DNA of 64,000 nt from Raillietiella orientalis (taxonomy: Eukaryota), in NCBI GenBank assembly GCA_036172245.1, contig JAYWIR010000004.1, forward strand, positions 62,001 to 126,000. The letters run 5' to 3'. The position numbers and the translations under genes are program-made. Positions 23,880 to 37,172 of this stretch are shown piece by piece (within the stretch, counting starts at the first letter, position 1; each line of letters begins with the position of its first letter). The notes beneath the pieces were generated by a model, which worked only from the letters and a program-made list of their open reading frames with translations, was not told the origin of the DNA and searched no databases.

Positions 23880-24340
23880 TTTATTTCAAGAAACAACGCT
23901 CTTACACCTTTTGTAGAAGCTGTTTCCTTCCAAGGGACCGCTCCTGATGACATAACGCTGGCAGGCGACTCTGGAAAAATTTTACAGATGCTCCACTCGG
24001 GTCCCACTTTCACTTTTCATAGCTGTCGGAAGGTTCCTTTTTGTCTCGGAGCAGAGGGGGGAAACCACGAAGGGCGAGACCACGGAGGGGTGGCGACACA
24101 AGGATGGTCTTTTTCAGACAAAAATCCTTGAATGGAGAGAGTGAGCAGGAACTCGCGAAGCGGCGTTGCTATGATGCCGAAACCCGGCCATTTTCCAACA
24201 GCTCGTGGCGGCTCTTCCTTCGACGAAACACCGCCGTCTATGGCGCTTCACTTTACACATACCAATCTGCTCCATCGAAGCGTGAGTGTGTGATAACGAA
24301 TGAGAACATGCACAATTGCCTGTATACGAAATGCTGACCA
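23880..24340 (-). mobile_element. Decayed mariner-type transposase remnant
   Basis: FRHHSNAASRVPAH (cf. HHDNAPAH) followed by PLRGLALRGFPPLLRDKKEP (cf. SPDLAPxDFxLFxxLK) in the expected order. Confidence 0.45.
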
Positions 24341-25699
24341 TCATTTACAGATGGTACAGAGGTGCGTTTCGTGAACGCTGATGTGCGCATGCTTTTGAGG
24401 ATCCTTTGGATGATTCAGGCCGTGATAGAGGAGAGACTAAAGGAGGCTACAGAGAGATCGGAAGGACATTTGCGGTCCGGATTGAACGCGCGAAGAGGTG
24501 GTTGAGATTTTTTCGTTATTTGGTGTTCTTGGAAACAGGCTCAGCCAGTCATGGTGATGTGATCGCTGGCTACCTGTGAGAATTTGAACGTCGATAACCC
24601 CCTGAGGCGATAGCGGATGGAAGTAAACGCTAAGACTCGGAACGAGAGAGCCTACCCTAAGCAAGACAGCGACCGGAAGTCGAGAAGTTTCCAGAGCGCT
24701 GGCACTCCAGTGAAAGCTTGCGAAAGTGTCCACACGCAGCTTAGCTTTGCGAGCCTTCACGAGTGACTGCTGTCGTCCCAGTTTCCTTCGGAGGCTTCGC
24801 TCTGCGTCCACGTTCCACTGCCAACAGGAGGTGCTCGTCGCAGCAGATGGCACTATCCGAAGCGTTGTTTGCGCAGCTGCTCTGTTGCGGTAGTATGTCC
24901 TTGCGGTGCAAGTGTCAGGATGTTCCAAAAGCGTCCCGTCGCTGGTCCCAGATGTGGAAGTCGGAGGAGGGAGGAAACCTAGGGAACCAGGCTACACTTC
25001 TTTCCCGCTATGGGTGAAGTTGCTGGTGAGTCACTGTGCAGGCGCTCTCTCACCGCAATGTTTAAAGAGGAGCCACTTGGAGGAGCCCACGAGAGAGCCT
25101 TCAGCCCCAGACAACGGCGAGCAAGTTGGGCCGCAATCCCCCTCTCAAGGGGCAAACATTGAGCGCTCGAGGTTTAGACAAATGAAGGTTCCCACTCCAT
25201 CGATAGGCCTACCCATGTGTCTTTCCTCTGCGCCTCCTCAAGCAAAGAATCAGCAGGAGTCAGCTCCATCTTTGATGTCCTTCTGGTCCTCTTTCTGAGG
25301 CATGTCCTCCGTCCTTGTCAGCCGAGCAAGAATGCAATCAACTCGAATCCGTTGCCGGCACTTCATGGTATCATCACGGGGGAATGCGCGTCGCGAACAG
25401 CGGTTCCTGTACTGCTCCCACTTCTACTTCTGCTGCTACTCGAATCCGTCCACTTCCGGAAGCAGACGGGTCCGCAGCCTTTCCGTTGAGAACAGGAGGA
25501 CTGCGCGCGCTCTAGACGCTGCCTCCTGCCATCACCCACGCCTGCCACTGTCAAAGGACTTGGAGGCGCTTTTCTGCCCAGTTGGTGTTGCGGGAACCTC
25601 CTCGACGCTCTTCAGATTAGTCCACTGTCCTTCAGGTGTGAGCAACGACCATCGGACAGTCGAGCCCATAGGACGAAGAGTCGCTCCTCCCTACCCGGG

Positions 25700-27700
25700 C
25701 GAGAACACGCTTGCTGGAGAGGTCCGAAAGGACCACTCTGCTCGTGGACTCCGTTCGTTCTCGGTCCTTCCCATTGTGTGTAGGGAAGGGACCCACTTCG
25801 CCCCGCGGCACAGCAGCGATCTCCTTCGAGGAAGGGTCGGGACGGCACCTTCTCGTCCGGAGAGCTCACCCACCAATCACCCACCGTGTCGCACGCGAAA
25901 GGCCAGCAATGTGATGGTTGGCTGGTGACCCGGTCACGCCGGGAGGTTTGACCACATGAAAATAAACGTGCATGAAAAGGAATGCCATGGGCCCACATGC
26001 AAGACGAAAAAGGGACTTTCTAGGGAGAAAAGGGGAGGGACGACATAGATAAGTAACCGCAATAAAAATAAGGTTTGTACTCAGGGCAACACCAGGAGAA
26101 AATACTTGCCATGGGGGGGGGGGGGGGGGTTGGCTAGCAGGGGTGGGATGGGTGGAAAGGAGGATCCATACCTCCTGGCCTGACCGAGATGCAGACGGAA
26201 GAAGTTGGACCATCCCTAGTCGGAAGTGCGACCATCTTGCCAGGTTCCTCACAATGGAGGGGACCAAATGAACGGCCTCCCGTCGACGCTGCCGATGCCG
26301 CACCGCGTGGCGAGTCACTGCTGCTCGGATACAGCACACAGCATCGCCAGCGGGCTGGCGGACGAAAGCCCTTGAGGTGCGGGAAAAAGCTCTGCTTAAG
26401 CTGCTGAAGGGCATCCAGCGTGTAAGTGGTCGATCGGCAGCCTCAGACGGGCTCAAATCCTCCTCCGTGCATTGACTTTAGAGAAAGTCAGAGAGAAGGG
26501 GCGGTCCAGCGCGCTGGAGCTCCAGCCTCCCACTTTCCGATGGACTCCTCGGCGCGTATATGGCGAGATGCAGTGCTAGAAGGCAGATGGACCATCTCGC
26601 CAACACGCACTCCAGATTAAGCGGAAGAGCGAATTGAGCTGCAGGGGAGGGCGTTGATGACACAGGTCAAGGACGGACAAGAGTATCCAGCAGATAACCC
26701 CAAACCCCCAACATCTGGGAATGTCCAAGGCGCCCACTCTTCCGGACTTTGAAAAGCTAGGGCAGCTTTCCCCTTTGAGAGGGCTGGATTCGGTCAGAGG
26801 CGTCCTCGACCATCGACCGGCGGGCGTCGAAAACCCCTTATTCTGGAGCGAGATGAGCTGCCGAGTCTTCCGTCCCTGGACGTGCCCAGCCACTTATTCA
26901 AGCAGGTGGATGAAATCCCTTTAAGCAAGGAAAGAGCTGTTCCTCCAGGGGGCTTTTCAGTGAGGAGGAAGAGTGAGGTGCCATTTGATGTACAGCTCGG
27001 TTAGTCACAGGGGGGAAGGTCTGTGTTAGCGAAGGAGGAGAGGGTCACAAACAAACGAAAATAAGAGGACAATGGAGGTGGAATTACCGGACCCCAGTCT
27101 CTCGGCTTCTCAGCCCTCGTGCGATGGTATTCCTTGCTGCTGGATCCAGGTGGGGTCACAACCCGCTCCCCATAGCACGAAGATGTTCGGAGGAAGGCCA
27201 CACCCGTTTTGAGCATTCCTCTTAGCACCAAGCGAGAGATGGTCATTCCCTCTCGAACCTCCAGAAGAAGCAGCTCGGAACGGAGCAGCAAAGGGAGGCT
27301 GGGTCGCTCGAACCAGTTCCGGAGGCATGTGAAATCGCATCCTCCCTGCACTCCTCAGTGACCTGGCACTGCCTGGTCTTCTTTGGCGTGACTTTCGGTA
27401 GTTCCGGAGCTTCGCTGAGAAGCCTCTTGGAGCTCCGAGAGTTGAGCTGCAGGAAAGCAACACGGCCGCAGCTTCAACGAAACTTCCGTACATGGGACGA
27501 AGGACTCTTTGCGAAAGGTCAAGGAAATCTCCATGTACCTCCGGTGCTCACCTTTCGCGCGGTGGCTCGCACTACTAACGGGGGGGAGAGCAGAATTTCC
27601 TAGGATCTGCTTTGGCGCTCTGTGTTGTTCTCGAAAGTAGTCCAAAGCATCCAGCAACGGCACTGCTGCATGCGGTGGACAATTCGTAGGAATTGCCGCG
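25700..27700 (+). mobile_element. Decayed Gypsy-type pol remnants
   Basis: SKAPTLPDFEKLGQLSPLRGLDSVRGVLDHRPAGVENPLFWS at 26721-26850 resembles the RT/RNase H linker (APVL..PDF...GAVL.Q...G.E.PI..S). SWTIPSRKCDHLARFL near 26200 resembles WP.P...LR.FL. Boundaries approximate. Confidence 0.45.
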
Positions 27701-28519
27701 GCGCGGCTGCCCCGCCTTGGACAGCCTCTCCGTCACGCCTCATGGCGTCCGAGGGATAGTGATGACCGGCCACGCGCCTCCGCAGAGATGCTGCGTGGAA
27801 TCGGGGGGATAGTCAGCCTAGAACTAGGGCTGCAGATGATGCATGCATATCAAGCAGATGTGCAGAAGATGCAGCACGCGTAATCGATGGATCCTCCTCA
27901 TCTCGTTATTTATTTGTTTATCATTCCCCTCTGCTCCAATCTGCGCGCGTAGCTGGCCTGAGAGTCAGAGGTTCAGATCTTCTAGTCAAAGTCTCAGGTT
28001 CCCGCTGGGAAGACTTCCTGCTTTTGTATTTTTGCCGACATTCGTCATATGAGTGGGGGATGGGAATCAGTGTTAGAAGAGCGAGCTGCTTCCTAAGGAG
28101 GAGCGCGGAGCCGTTTGCGAGCGGGGAATGGACCACGAATTCACCGGCGGGAATCTCAGTACGTGCTCCACAGGAGCAGTTCCTCACGGGAGTCACGCCT
28201 GGCTAGCGCCCACCAGCCAGCCCACCCACCCAGCTGCGGGGCAGTCGGCACCGAGGAACCCATGGGCACGGAGAGATGAGGCTTTCTGCGTTCCTCGTCA
28301 TCTAAAGTTACTGCAGTAGCACTACCAGAACGTTTCGAGTGCGGCGAGGAGAGCAGAGTGCATCCTTCCACAGTTCCTCCTCTATTCATCTGGCGCGCTC
28401 GTCGCCCCTCATCATTTTGCTTCTTCTGCTTCCTGTCCTCCACATGGTAATGTAAGAGCCTTATGGTATTGACTATCCGGGACAGACCGAGTTTTTGTAC
28501 GAACAGACTGCTGGGGTTC

Positions 28520-29720
28520 TCCGGCTGGTTGTCGCCTTTTCGCGCGACGTGGACTGCACAGATATCGCTGGAGTACCGCCGGATTCACGAAAATATTATC
28601 TGGTGCCTTATTCCATCAATTTTTTCTGTGGAATTTCTAGTTCTCCTCCTTTCCTGAGTCCTGGCTTCCAGAGAGCCAACGATGGATGCACGTACCTTGC
28701 ATTGTTTTCCAGCTGTAGGTCCACCTCCTTGTGTTTTCCTTCTTTGTTTCTTCTAGCCGTGCTGAACGCATCTTCCATTTTCGTATTTACAGCGGACGTC
28801 CAGCACGAATACTCGGCTTCCCTATTCCATTATCAAATCCTACTTTAGGAGGGAATTCGTCCTTGCAACTCTCTGGTTGCTCGGCAGAAGGATTCACTTT
28901 GCCTCATCCAATGCGGCCTTGATGATCGCCTCTTGAATCGCGTTGCGGCGTGCCATGGACGGAGGAACGTGTCTCCTATATCTGTTTTGCATGTGAGGCA
29001 ACGTTTCGCTTCTGTCCAGCAGTGCCGACATGTGCGTTCTTCTGGTTTTATTCTTGGCCCAGCCCTGGTAGGATGTTTAGTCTGGCTGCATGGATGAATT
29101 TGTAGTCCTGGGATCTCTGGAGGCTTCTGTTGGTGAGGAAGAAGCTGGAGGCGCGACGCATGCCCTCACACTGCATGGTCTCCTCTTGACTGATGTGTTT
29201 TGGGATCAGGGATTGCCATGCGTGTTCCCTCTGCAGTGTTTTCACTCCAGAGTTGATCTTCTCCCCCATGCGCTGCTGCTCAAGATGATGCCGTCATCTT
29301 CAGCAGGGACCCTTGAGGGCAGCCGAAATCTCATGAATCTCATCTCTACAAGCGCCCCGCAGCAATCTTTCTACAGCCTGAGGAAACCTCAAAACAAGCA
29401 GATCTTTTCTTGGACGCTGCTGCTCCACCTTGCGGCAGCTGCTTTCATACAGAGGCCAGACCTTTTCTTGGACGTCTGCGGCTCCCAAACTCCTCTCTCG
29501 CTTTGCCACATTTCATCCTGCTGCGTGATCTTTTTTTTTTTCCTTAAAGGCCAGTAGCCACCTCGAAGGGAAATCGTCACTATGAACTTGGGATGATAGA
29601 AACCTTTCCGGTTCTTCCGTTTTCGCTGCTTTCCTTCCAGACTTTTTAAGAAGGGCTTTTTGGTTCTCAAAGAGTTCTGGAGAATCGTCCTTCCTTTTAG
29701 GAAAGGGAAGGTCCACAAAG
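28520..29720 (-). mobile_element. Decayed R2-group non-LTR retrotransposon (NeSL/Utopia-like), C-terminal zinc knuckle and restriction-like endonuclease
   Basis: In order: DYKFIHAARLNILP, TCRHC/SETLPHMQN...RRNAIQEAI, LK*DLI...VFVLDVRCKYEN, AFSTARRNK, IVGSL. This matches the RLE-clade C-terminal motif series. Confidence 0.8.
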
Positions 29721-29731
29721 CTCTTTAACAC

Positions 29732-30390
29732 TGTCCGCGCCAACCGAGGATGCGTGCTACTCTTCAAGTACGGTTACTCCGGAGAGACCACCCTATGAAT
29801 TCAGGAAGGCTCTAGAGGAAGGAGTCTCCGCTCCTCTTTTGCTTTGGGAGGGCACCCTCTCTCCCATATTCTCTTCGGAGGGATCTCCCGGAGAGGTCCG
29901 CTCCTCGTTTCTTCTCCGGTGGGAAACCTCAAGGGAGCTGCTTCCTGTTCTCTTCTGAAGAGAATCCCGATGGGAAAGCTCCCGAATTTCTCTGCAGGGC
30001 TCTCCTCGAAGGCTGCTGTAACACTCTGGAGAGGCAACCTCCCGAGGGGGGTATCAACCAGCTTAGTGGCACGTGACGGAGGGTCCCCAAGTGGGGGGGT
30101 CCATTTTCACAACTGAAAGGAACTCCGGAGGGAACCGTCTCCTTGATTCCTGGAAGGACCCTGGAGGGCGACTTCCGATCCCGGATAGTCAACAGGGGCA
30201 TCCGGTTCTTCAACTTCCACCAGAGCCTCATCCGGATAGAGGGCAGCCAGAGTCATCACCTGCGTAGGTCCCTCGGAACCCACGGCTCACCCTTCACCCT
30301 CGGCGTTGATGCTTTCCCAGGCGGGATTGGAACCCACGACGTCTCGCACCCCGGACGGAGACCGCAGCCACGCTGCCGGCAACGCGGGCC
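29732..30390 (+). repeat. Dispersed GC-rich repeat, copy B (LTR-like, starts TGT)
   Basis: Homologous blocks with copies A and C; ends in an antisense tRNA-like segment (30313-30378). Confidence 0.7.
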
Positions 30391-31699
30391 GCATGATCTG
30401 TCGAGAGCTAAGAGTGCATGTGGTCGTGCTGATGCTCTGGTCGCTCTTCCGCCAATTTGGCCGTCCGTTCTTTAGGCCCCAAAGAACGGACGGTTCTTTC
30501 TTTGTCAGTGCTGACGAAACTTCAGGGATACAAAGGGAGCAGTCTGCCGCGATGTCTTTTGCTGCTTTTGCAGATTCCTTCCGAGTGCTCCGCGCGCATC
30601 TGATGATGCGGGCGATTCACCCAATGTATTCCTGGGCTGTGCAGCGTCACAACGGAACGCACCATGGCAACCCTCATGCGGGTGCTGTATACGCCGCAAG
30701 GAAGATCCTGAGTTCCCTTTGGACTTCGCGGCGCTTCTCGGTTCCCCAGGAAAGCCGTTCCTGGCTCTCGGACGGATGTGCCTGAGCTCTTCCGGGGCAG
30801 AGGAGGAACCAGAAGTAGGGTCGGTTCGCGGTTTGAGGGCTCTCCTTCTTTCGTCATGCTTTCCCTAGTGCTTCCATCCATGTTTGAAAGGAGGCAAAGG
30901 GCATTGAAGACGGAGCTTCAGCTCTTCCTTGGAAGTTTCGAGTCTGGCCGGAGTTTGGAGCCGATTTCCGGGAGCATCCGGCTGCGAGCCACCGGTTCCC
31001 GCAGCTTCTGCACCGCATCCAGAACTCGGTCCGTCGGATATTCGTGCCTCCCGATAACGGCACCGGCAGTGTTTGAATGGAGATTCTTCAGTATTTCAGT
31101 CTACGCAACACGCCCTCTGCGCGCGCGACCTCCCTTCCCCCATTCCGGAAGGCACCTCTGACACGGGCAACAGCAAACTGAGACGGACCGAATGCAAGAG
31201 ATAATGAACAAAGAACCGCATATGGTTCTCCGGTGAGCAGGAAGTGGCTCTGCTCGCGGTGCTATGCAACGCAGGAGCATTTCAAAAGTCCCACACCCAC
31301 GAAGCTGAGGAGGCTCAGAAACCAAAAAAGCACAGCTAGCCTCGGGAGGTGGCTCTTTTGCGATCGGCTTGGACGAACCGCAAAGTGATGCTCACGCATG
31401 CGTCTCGAGACCACTCGTCACCGATTCCCTCAGCTGCCCCCGTTTCCATGGAAGGCGTCCGTGGCCACTGAGTTCACCTGCTTGCCGTGAAGAATCGTTG
31501 CCACGCAACATCGCTTCGGATCTCGATGGCGTGGCTGATTATTTAATCGTGGAAACCATAGGTGCCACACTTTGATCGTAGCTGACAGACCGTGGAGCAG
31601 CGCGGAAACCCATTGGTGTTCGTGGGGGCAGAAAATCCATGACGTCAGTGCGAGGAGAACATCCCGTTCAGGAGCCTCCAAGAACGTGCTGCGGAGGTG

Positions 31700-32150
31700 T
31701 CATGGATTCCGTAGGTCGAGTCCGCGGAGCCGTCTCCGAGAGACGAGGATTTGGCGAGTTGTCGGGAAACGCTCGAGGCAAAGCAGAGGGATCCTTATTC
31801 CGACGGGCACTTTTCCTCGCGAGCCCCGCCGTTCGCCTGCAGGGAGAGTGGGCGAAGGAACTGGACCCCGACGCACGCAGGTGCAACCGAGAACGGGATC
31901 TCGGATACTGCACCGAACAGCCTCGGGTGGAGTCGATCTCGCAGCGCCCCCCCCCCCCCTCGAGCCGATGAACGAGGAGCGACTCCCGCTTGCGCACACC
32001 AGCAGGTAGGGCATTGTCCGCTCAAGAGTATGGGAGCTCCGGAACGGAGGATTGGGCGGGCGGTCTACGGCAGTGGACCACCATGTCAGAGCAGACAAGT
32101 CCCGAGGACACGTCTGAGCGAGTGTGTGTGTTCGAAAGTTCCGAATCAGC
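31700..32150 (+). mobile_element. Possible decayed Gypsy RT fragment
   Basis: AKELDPDARRCNRERDLGYCTEQPRV resembles L.L.P.KC......LG......G; weak. Confidence 0.3.
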
Positions 32151-32288
32151 GTGGTCAATCCTGCGGCAGTACAGCACACACAGAAAATTAGCACACGCAT
32201 GTAATTTTAAAGGATAATCACTATGTGCTTCAACTTGGGATTACGGGCTTAGCACACTAACATATGTGTGTGCGTGTGTATATGTGTA

Positions 32289-33839
32289 TGTGATTCAAGT
32301 GATTAATCGGCTTATATTAATAATTACCAGCTATTTTTAATGATAACCAAATAAAAAGGTCAAAGTAAATAAATTGTAAGAATTTATCACATGAGCAGGT
32401 AATTATTAATAATATTCACAACTATCAATGGTATGTGAAGTTTTTCAATACGTGAAGTTCGAGGATCGCGAAGAGTAACGAAGTGCCACGCCCGGTTACA
32501 ACGAACTGGCGGGAAGGAACAGAATTCATTCATGGAAAATAGAGCGCATCACTCTGGAATAGATCGCAGTCCCTATGAAGCCATGCTTGGATGTAACGTA
32601 AAAATAGGTTGGCAAAAAAGCATGCTTGCCAGTCGACACTTTGTCAGAAATGACACGTGCAGAAGATCTTGAGACGACGTGAGCGCTCAATCTGATAGTG
32701 ATGCCGAACTTGAGAGAGTAATCTCAAAGGAGGATGACCGCATGTGGGCAGAGAGAAAAATGACAATGCGGAAGTGGAAATGGGTGATTCGGGCGAAGAC
32801 TTGCAGTTAATAGCTGCTGGAGATCCAAGCAAACATGGAAATAAGAGTGTTGGTTGGATCGAAGACGGACAACGTTCTTCTGAAACAGAAAAGACCGATA
32901 AGAAAGATGGTAAAGTAAAAAAGCGCTGCTGGTTTTGAATTGGGAAAATAGTGAGAATACCAAGGAAGATTCTTCTTTTTCACTCAATGAAATCTCTGAA
33001 ATGATCTAAGAAGCTTGGAACTCTGCTGAGCAGTCCCTGGGAAGGCAAGCCGAAAAAGTGTTACTCTGCGTTCGAAGACTTGAATGTCCGATTGAGGATG
33101 TAGGAGAGAGAGTTCGGATTCCAGATGCAGATAGGGCTGGAGCCGATAACCGGAATATTATGTCTGTTGCAATTTCTGTTGGAAAGGAAAACTTGTATCA
33201 ACTGGGTACAAAATATGGCGTTGTAAACCAACTCTGTACAAGGAATGAATTTACCGCCTGCAAGGAAACTCTTATTTCAGTTCATGGAGTGCCAGATACT
33301 GAGATAAGTCCAAGAGGATGTGCTTGCGAGACTTCCAATTCGGGTGGTCAAGGAAACCAATACTGCGACTGCACAGGCTATGGGGACTCAAATCGCCGCA
33401 GATGTAAAAAAAAAAAAAAGGGGACAAAAATCCTTTGTAATTCCCGATGCCACAAAGGATCTTCCTGCAAAAATGAATAGTTTGTTTATAACCATTTAAT
33501 GACGTAAAATTCTTCTCTTATTAATGACATTCCTCTCCTACCTTTATAAAAATTAATATTTTGACTAATTGTGTAATTTTGTCACAACTCTGTTTTTTTC
33601 TTTTTTTTTTCTTGAATTGTCAAGAACTTGTTTGTGTGATAAATAATGCATGTATGTTTTAATAATAAATAATATGATAAAACATGTTTCCATTAAATTT
33701 GCCAGGCTCCACTGGTAATTATTAATATTTACCGGTAAATATATTTATTACGTGTTATTCTTCACTTTGACTTTTTTATTTGGTTATTATAAATAATAGA
33801 TAATTATTAATACTAACCGGATTTATTACATGCGTAACA
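32289..33839 (+). mobile_element. Ginger-type DNA transposon (KRBA2/SCAND3-like integrase), internally deleted, with TGT...ACA terminal inverted repeats
   Basis: Imperfect TIRs of about 130 bp (32289-~32415 and ~33713-33839) share ataaccaaataaaaa(g/a)gtcaaagt. Integrase tail NWREG...HHSGIDRSPYEAMLGCNVKIG at ~32500-32612. ORF 33058-33480 carries VRIPDADR...RNI...YQLGTKYG...RNEF...GGQG..CDC...C...CNSRCHKGSSCKN. Confidence 0.88.
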
Positions 33840-34112
33840 TATGTATAATATTCATAATATGGCAGGGGTGAAGGAAACTCGGAAAAACACGATCTGTGAA
33901 AAAAATTGTTTTTAAAAACTAAGAGGAAGAGGCCAGTGGATATTTGCAGTTCCGTCGCCAATTGTGCGGAAGACGCTTTTGGAGGTCCAGGATGTCTGCC
34001 TTCTCTGCTTTACTTCCAGCCTCTTTTTTTTTTTTTTTCGGGTTTTCTTCTTTTTTTTTTCGGTTCTCTGAGTACCTCAAGAACCGTCGCGAGCCTGACG
34101 GCTCTTTGACGC

Positions 34113-34775
34113 TGTACCACGCCACCTGAGGGTGCGTTTGACTCTTCAAGAATAGGGGGTGGCCCGGGAGGGGATCACCCTGTGAATTCAGGAAGGGATC
34201 CAGAGAAAGGAGCCCGTTCCTCTCACGCCTGGGGAGGGATCCCCGAAAGGAACCCTCCATCTTGGGTTGTCTCCGAAGGGAATTTCCTTCCTCGTTCTCT
34301 CCGGAGGGACCCCCCGGAGAGGATCGCTCCTTGTGTCTTCCCCGGAGGAACCGCTCCTTGCTTCCTCATCCTCTGAAGAGAACCACGAAGGGACGCTTCC
34401 GAATTCTCCGTGAAGGGCGCTCCCCGAAGGGAGCAGAGCGCTTCTTCCCACTCTGGAGAGGTATCGATCCTCCAGCTCCGTGGTACGGGATGGAGAATCC
34501 CCTCTCTAGGGGGGAAGGGGGGAAGAGAGAGTCTTATTTTCACAACCGGAGGGTGACTCCGAAGGGCTCCTTGATCCCTGGAGGGTCCCCGGAGGATCGA
34601 CTCCAAATCCCGGCCAGTCCACGGGTCATCCGGATAGAGACCAACCAGCGTCATCTCGCGGGGGGGGACTCGTACTACTCACAACGTACCCCCCGTTCTC
34701 GCCGCCGATTCTTTCCGAGCGCGACGCTTTGGTGCCACGCGCGGAGGCCGCAGCCACGTGGTCTCCGACGCGTAC
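34113..34775 (+). repeat. Dispersed GC-rich repeat, copy C (LTR-like, starts TGTACCACGCC)
   Basis: Homologous blocks with copies A and B; followed by GC-rich TE-like sequence to ~37300. Confidence 0.7.
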
Positions 34776-36829
34776 ATTCGACTTGGTGCGACATCCAACT
34801 CGAATATGCAAGGCCTGCTTTCGAGAGGGCGCCGCCGTTCTCCTCCAGGATGATGCGGGGAGATTCCCGGCGGAAGCACGTCACGGACTCGACGCACGTC
34901 GGCTTGCCTCGTGACCGCCCCTGCTGCGATGGCGCATCGCGAAGACCGCATGGGCCACTGTCACAGGATCCGGCACAGACGGGAAGCTGCAAGCTCTTCC
35001 TGTGCGCCTTCACCTTAGCCCTTCTGGGTCTCCTAGAAACTGAGTGTCACGAGCGTCCTGCCTGGAGCTGGGTGTGCGAGCGACACACTGAAACCACAGC
35101 GAAGCGCGGCTCAGACCTCAAAAGCACACGGGGAAGCCAGGAAAACAAGAAAAAAGAAAAAATCACGCGCACGCGTGGGAGCACCATGGCGACGGCGGGG
35201 CACGGTTCGAACAAACTTTCTAAAACGGTCGAAGCGGTTCTCTTCGGCTTAGGCACAAGTTCCTTCCCAAGCAGGCACATCAGTAGAGAGAGCGGGAGAG
35301 AGAGAGAGAGGCAACCTCCTTCCAGTCTCGGGTTCCCATGAAAGCGAACTCTAGCTTCTCGTTCGAGATAACATCTTATCGGATCATAAGGAGCTTCCAA
35401 TCCGGCACGTTCCAGGTTCCAGGCATCCCCTCCCGCCGCCTCTGCTCCGCGGCCTCGAGGATCTCCCCGTCGATTACGATATCGGGTTCTGCTCCTCCGA
35501 ATCCCGGGAAAACTTCCCACCGGCGCTTCGAGCGCACGGGCGGCGCGCGCCTGGCAGCGTCTTCGCTCCTCGAGGAGAATGCAGATCCGGGAGGTGGTCC
35601 TAGGAATCCATTCAGAGGGCAAGCGGATGAAGCACGGAAGCTGGAAAGTGGCCGGAGGGAGAAGGGACCGGCGATGAACGGAGGGGCCATTCGATTGCCC
35701 AGAACTTCTGGTCTGTGATCTCGAAAGTGCCGCGCACGCGCACCAAGGGCGGCTGAGGAGTCGCTGGCGTTGACGATGACTCATGAGAGAAGCCTCCGCT
35801 GAAAGCGGATCGCCAAGTTCGCGGTCTGTGTGTGCTTCCTTTTCCTCCTTCCCCCTCGCTCATGTTCCAAGGCTCCGCCGACTTCGTCGAAGGTCCTCAG
35901 GGGACTGTTAGATTCAGGGATCAGTCCCACCGGCGCTTTGGAGCGAGCGGATGATATTTCCGTGCCAACCATCTCCAAGTGCCGGAACTCCACCGTCCAA
36001 CTTGACTTGGTCGACCATGCCGCCCTGGCCTCGCTTTGATTCTCTTGCCACCGGATCAGAGGAATCTGGAATCCGATCAGTGGTCCTTTGCACGGAGAAA
36101 GCTTCCAGCGGCAAGGACACAAAAAGGACGAGAGGAATTCTCCTGCTGGATCTTCGGAAAAGCGGCGAGGGACGCTGAGCGCCGCACCCGCTGGTGCTTC
36201 TCACTTGCTGCTGACCGCTGGTAAAATGCCTCCATCAGCCAATGATGGAAAAGGGATGCTGATGACCAAAACTCGTCTGTTGCTGACCTGGGATGAGTCA
36301 CCTGTTTCGTCACATGAGTCTGATCCGATGATCACCTGCGTAGTGAGCAAGGACCATCGCAGCAGCCACTGAAGAGTTAGCTGTAGCAGCCACTGCCCGG
36401 ATAGCTGTGACCTACAACCACTCTGAGCGCTCTTCTGAGCACGAAGGCATCAAAATTTGCACCTTTTGGCTGTGTAGTTCTTGCCTTACGCCGCCACGAT
36501 CACCCACCAGGGTCAACCAAAGGTCGAGTTCGCCACTCCGGTCGGCGTCACCGGGATGAAAACTCGAGGCTCTGCAGCACGTGATGGACCGTCGTTTTCT
36601 GAAGTCGGGTCCCATATTCAAGAGGCACGGTGGCCAGGTGCACCAAGCGCGAGACTTGAACCAAATCCAACGATCAGGAGCTGGCTCGAAAGTCAAGCTG
36701 GGTGGTGCTCCAAGGACAAAATCGAATGATGGTCCCAAGGATCTGCTGCTTCTCTGAAAGCTCAGAGACAGCGTTCGAGGAATCACGGCAGAGGAAGGGG
36801 TGCAAATGCTGCAGATTGGCTGAACAGTC

Positions 36830-37172
36830 CTCCTCCTTGGAAGCACGGGCATCAGAGCGAATATGGGTGGTAGCGGAGCCCGGGATGGAGAGTTCCTGAA
36901 ACTAGTGCGATCTCTCGGACAAAGACTGACCGAAATGGACGCACGGCGATGCCCCCCAACGTGCCGCATGGTTGGATCACCCGTTGTCCCTACACCGCTC
37001 CGGATCGCGAGTCGGATGGAGGAGTCCGAAGGATGTGTTCAGAGAATGCGAGTGGAACACCGCGGATGGCATCGTCCTGCGTGACGGTGAGCGCGCTACG
37101 GCCAAGGGGGACAGCGGTTGCAGAAACGTGGGTCCGAGGCGCTACGCCGACTGCACGCAAATCCTCCTGTAG
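36830..37172 (+). repeat. Dispersed decayed coding repeat, copy 2 (copy 1 at ~15900-16245)
   Basis: Direct nucleotide similarity to copy 1. Confidence 0.8.

Noticed and set aside
34262..35341. Longest ORF in the track (359 aa)
   Set aside because: It runs through GC-rich repeat copy C, is Arg/Pro/Ser-rich and has no domain; a chance ORF.
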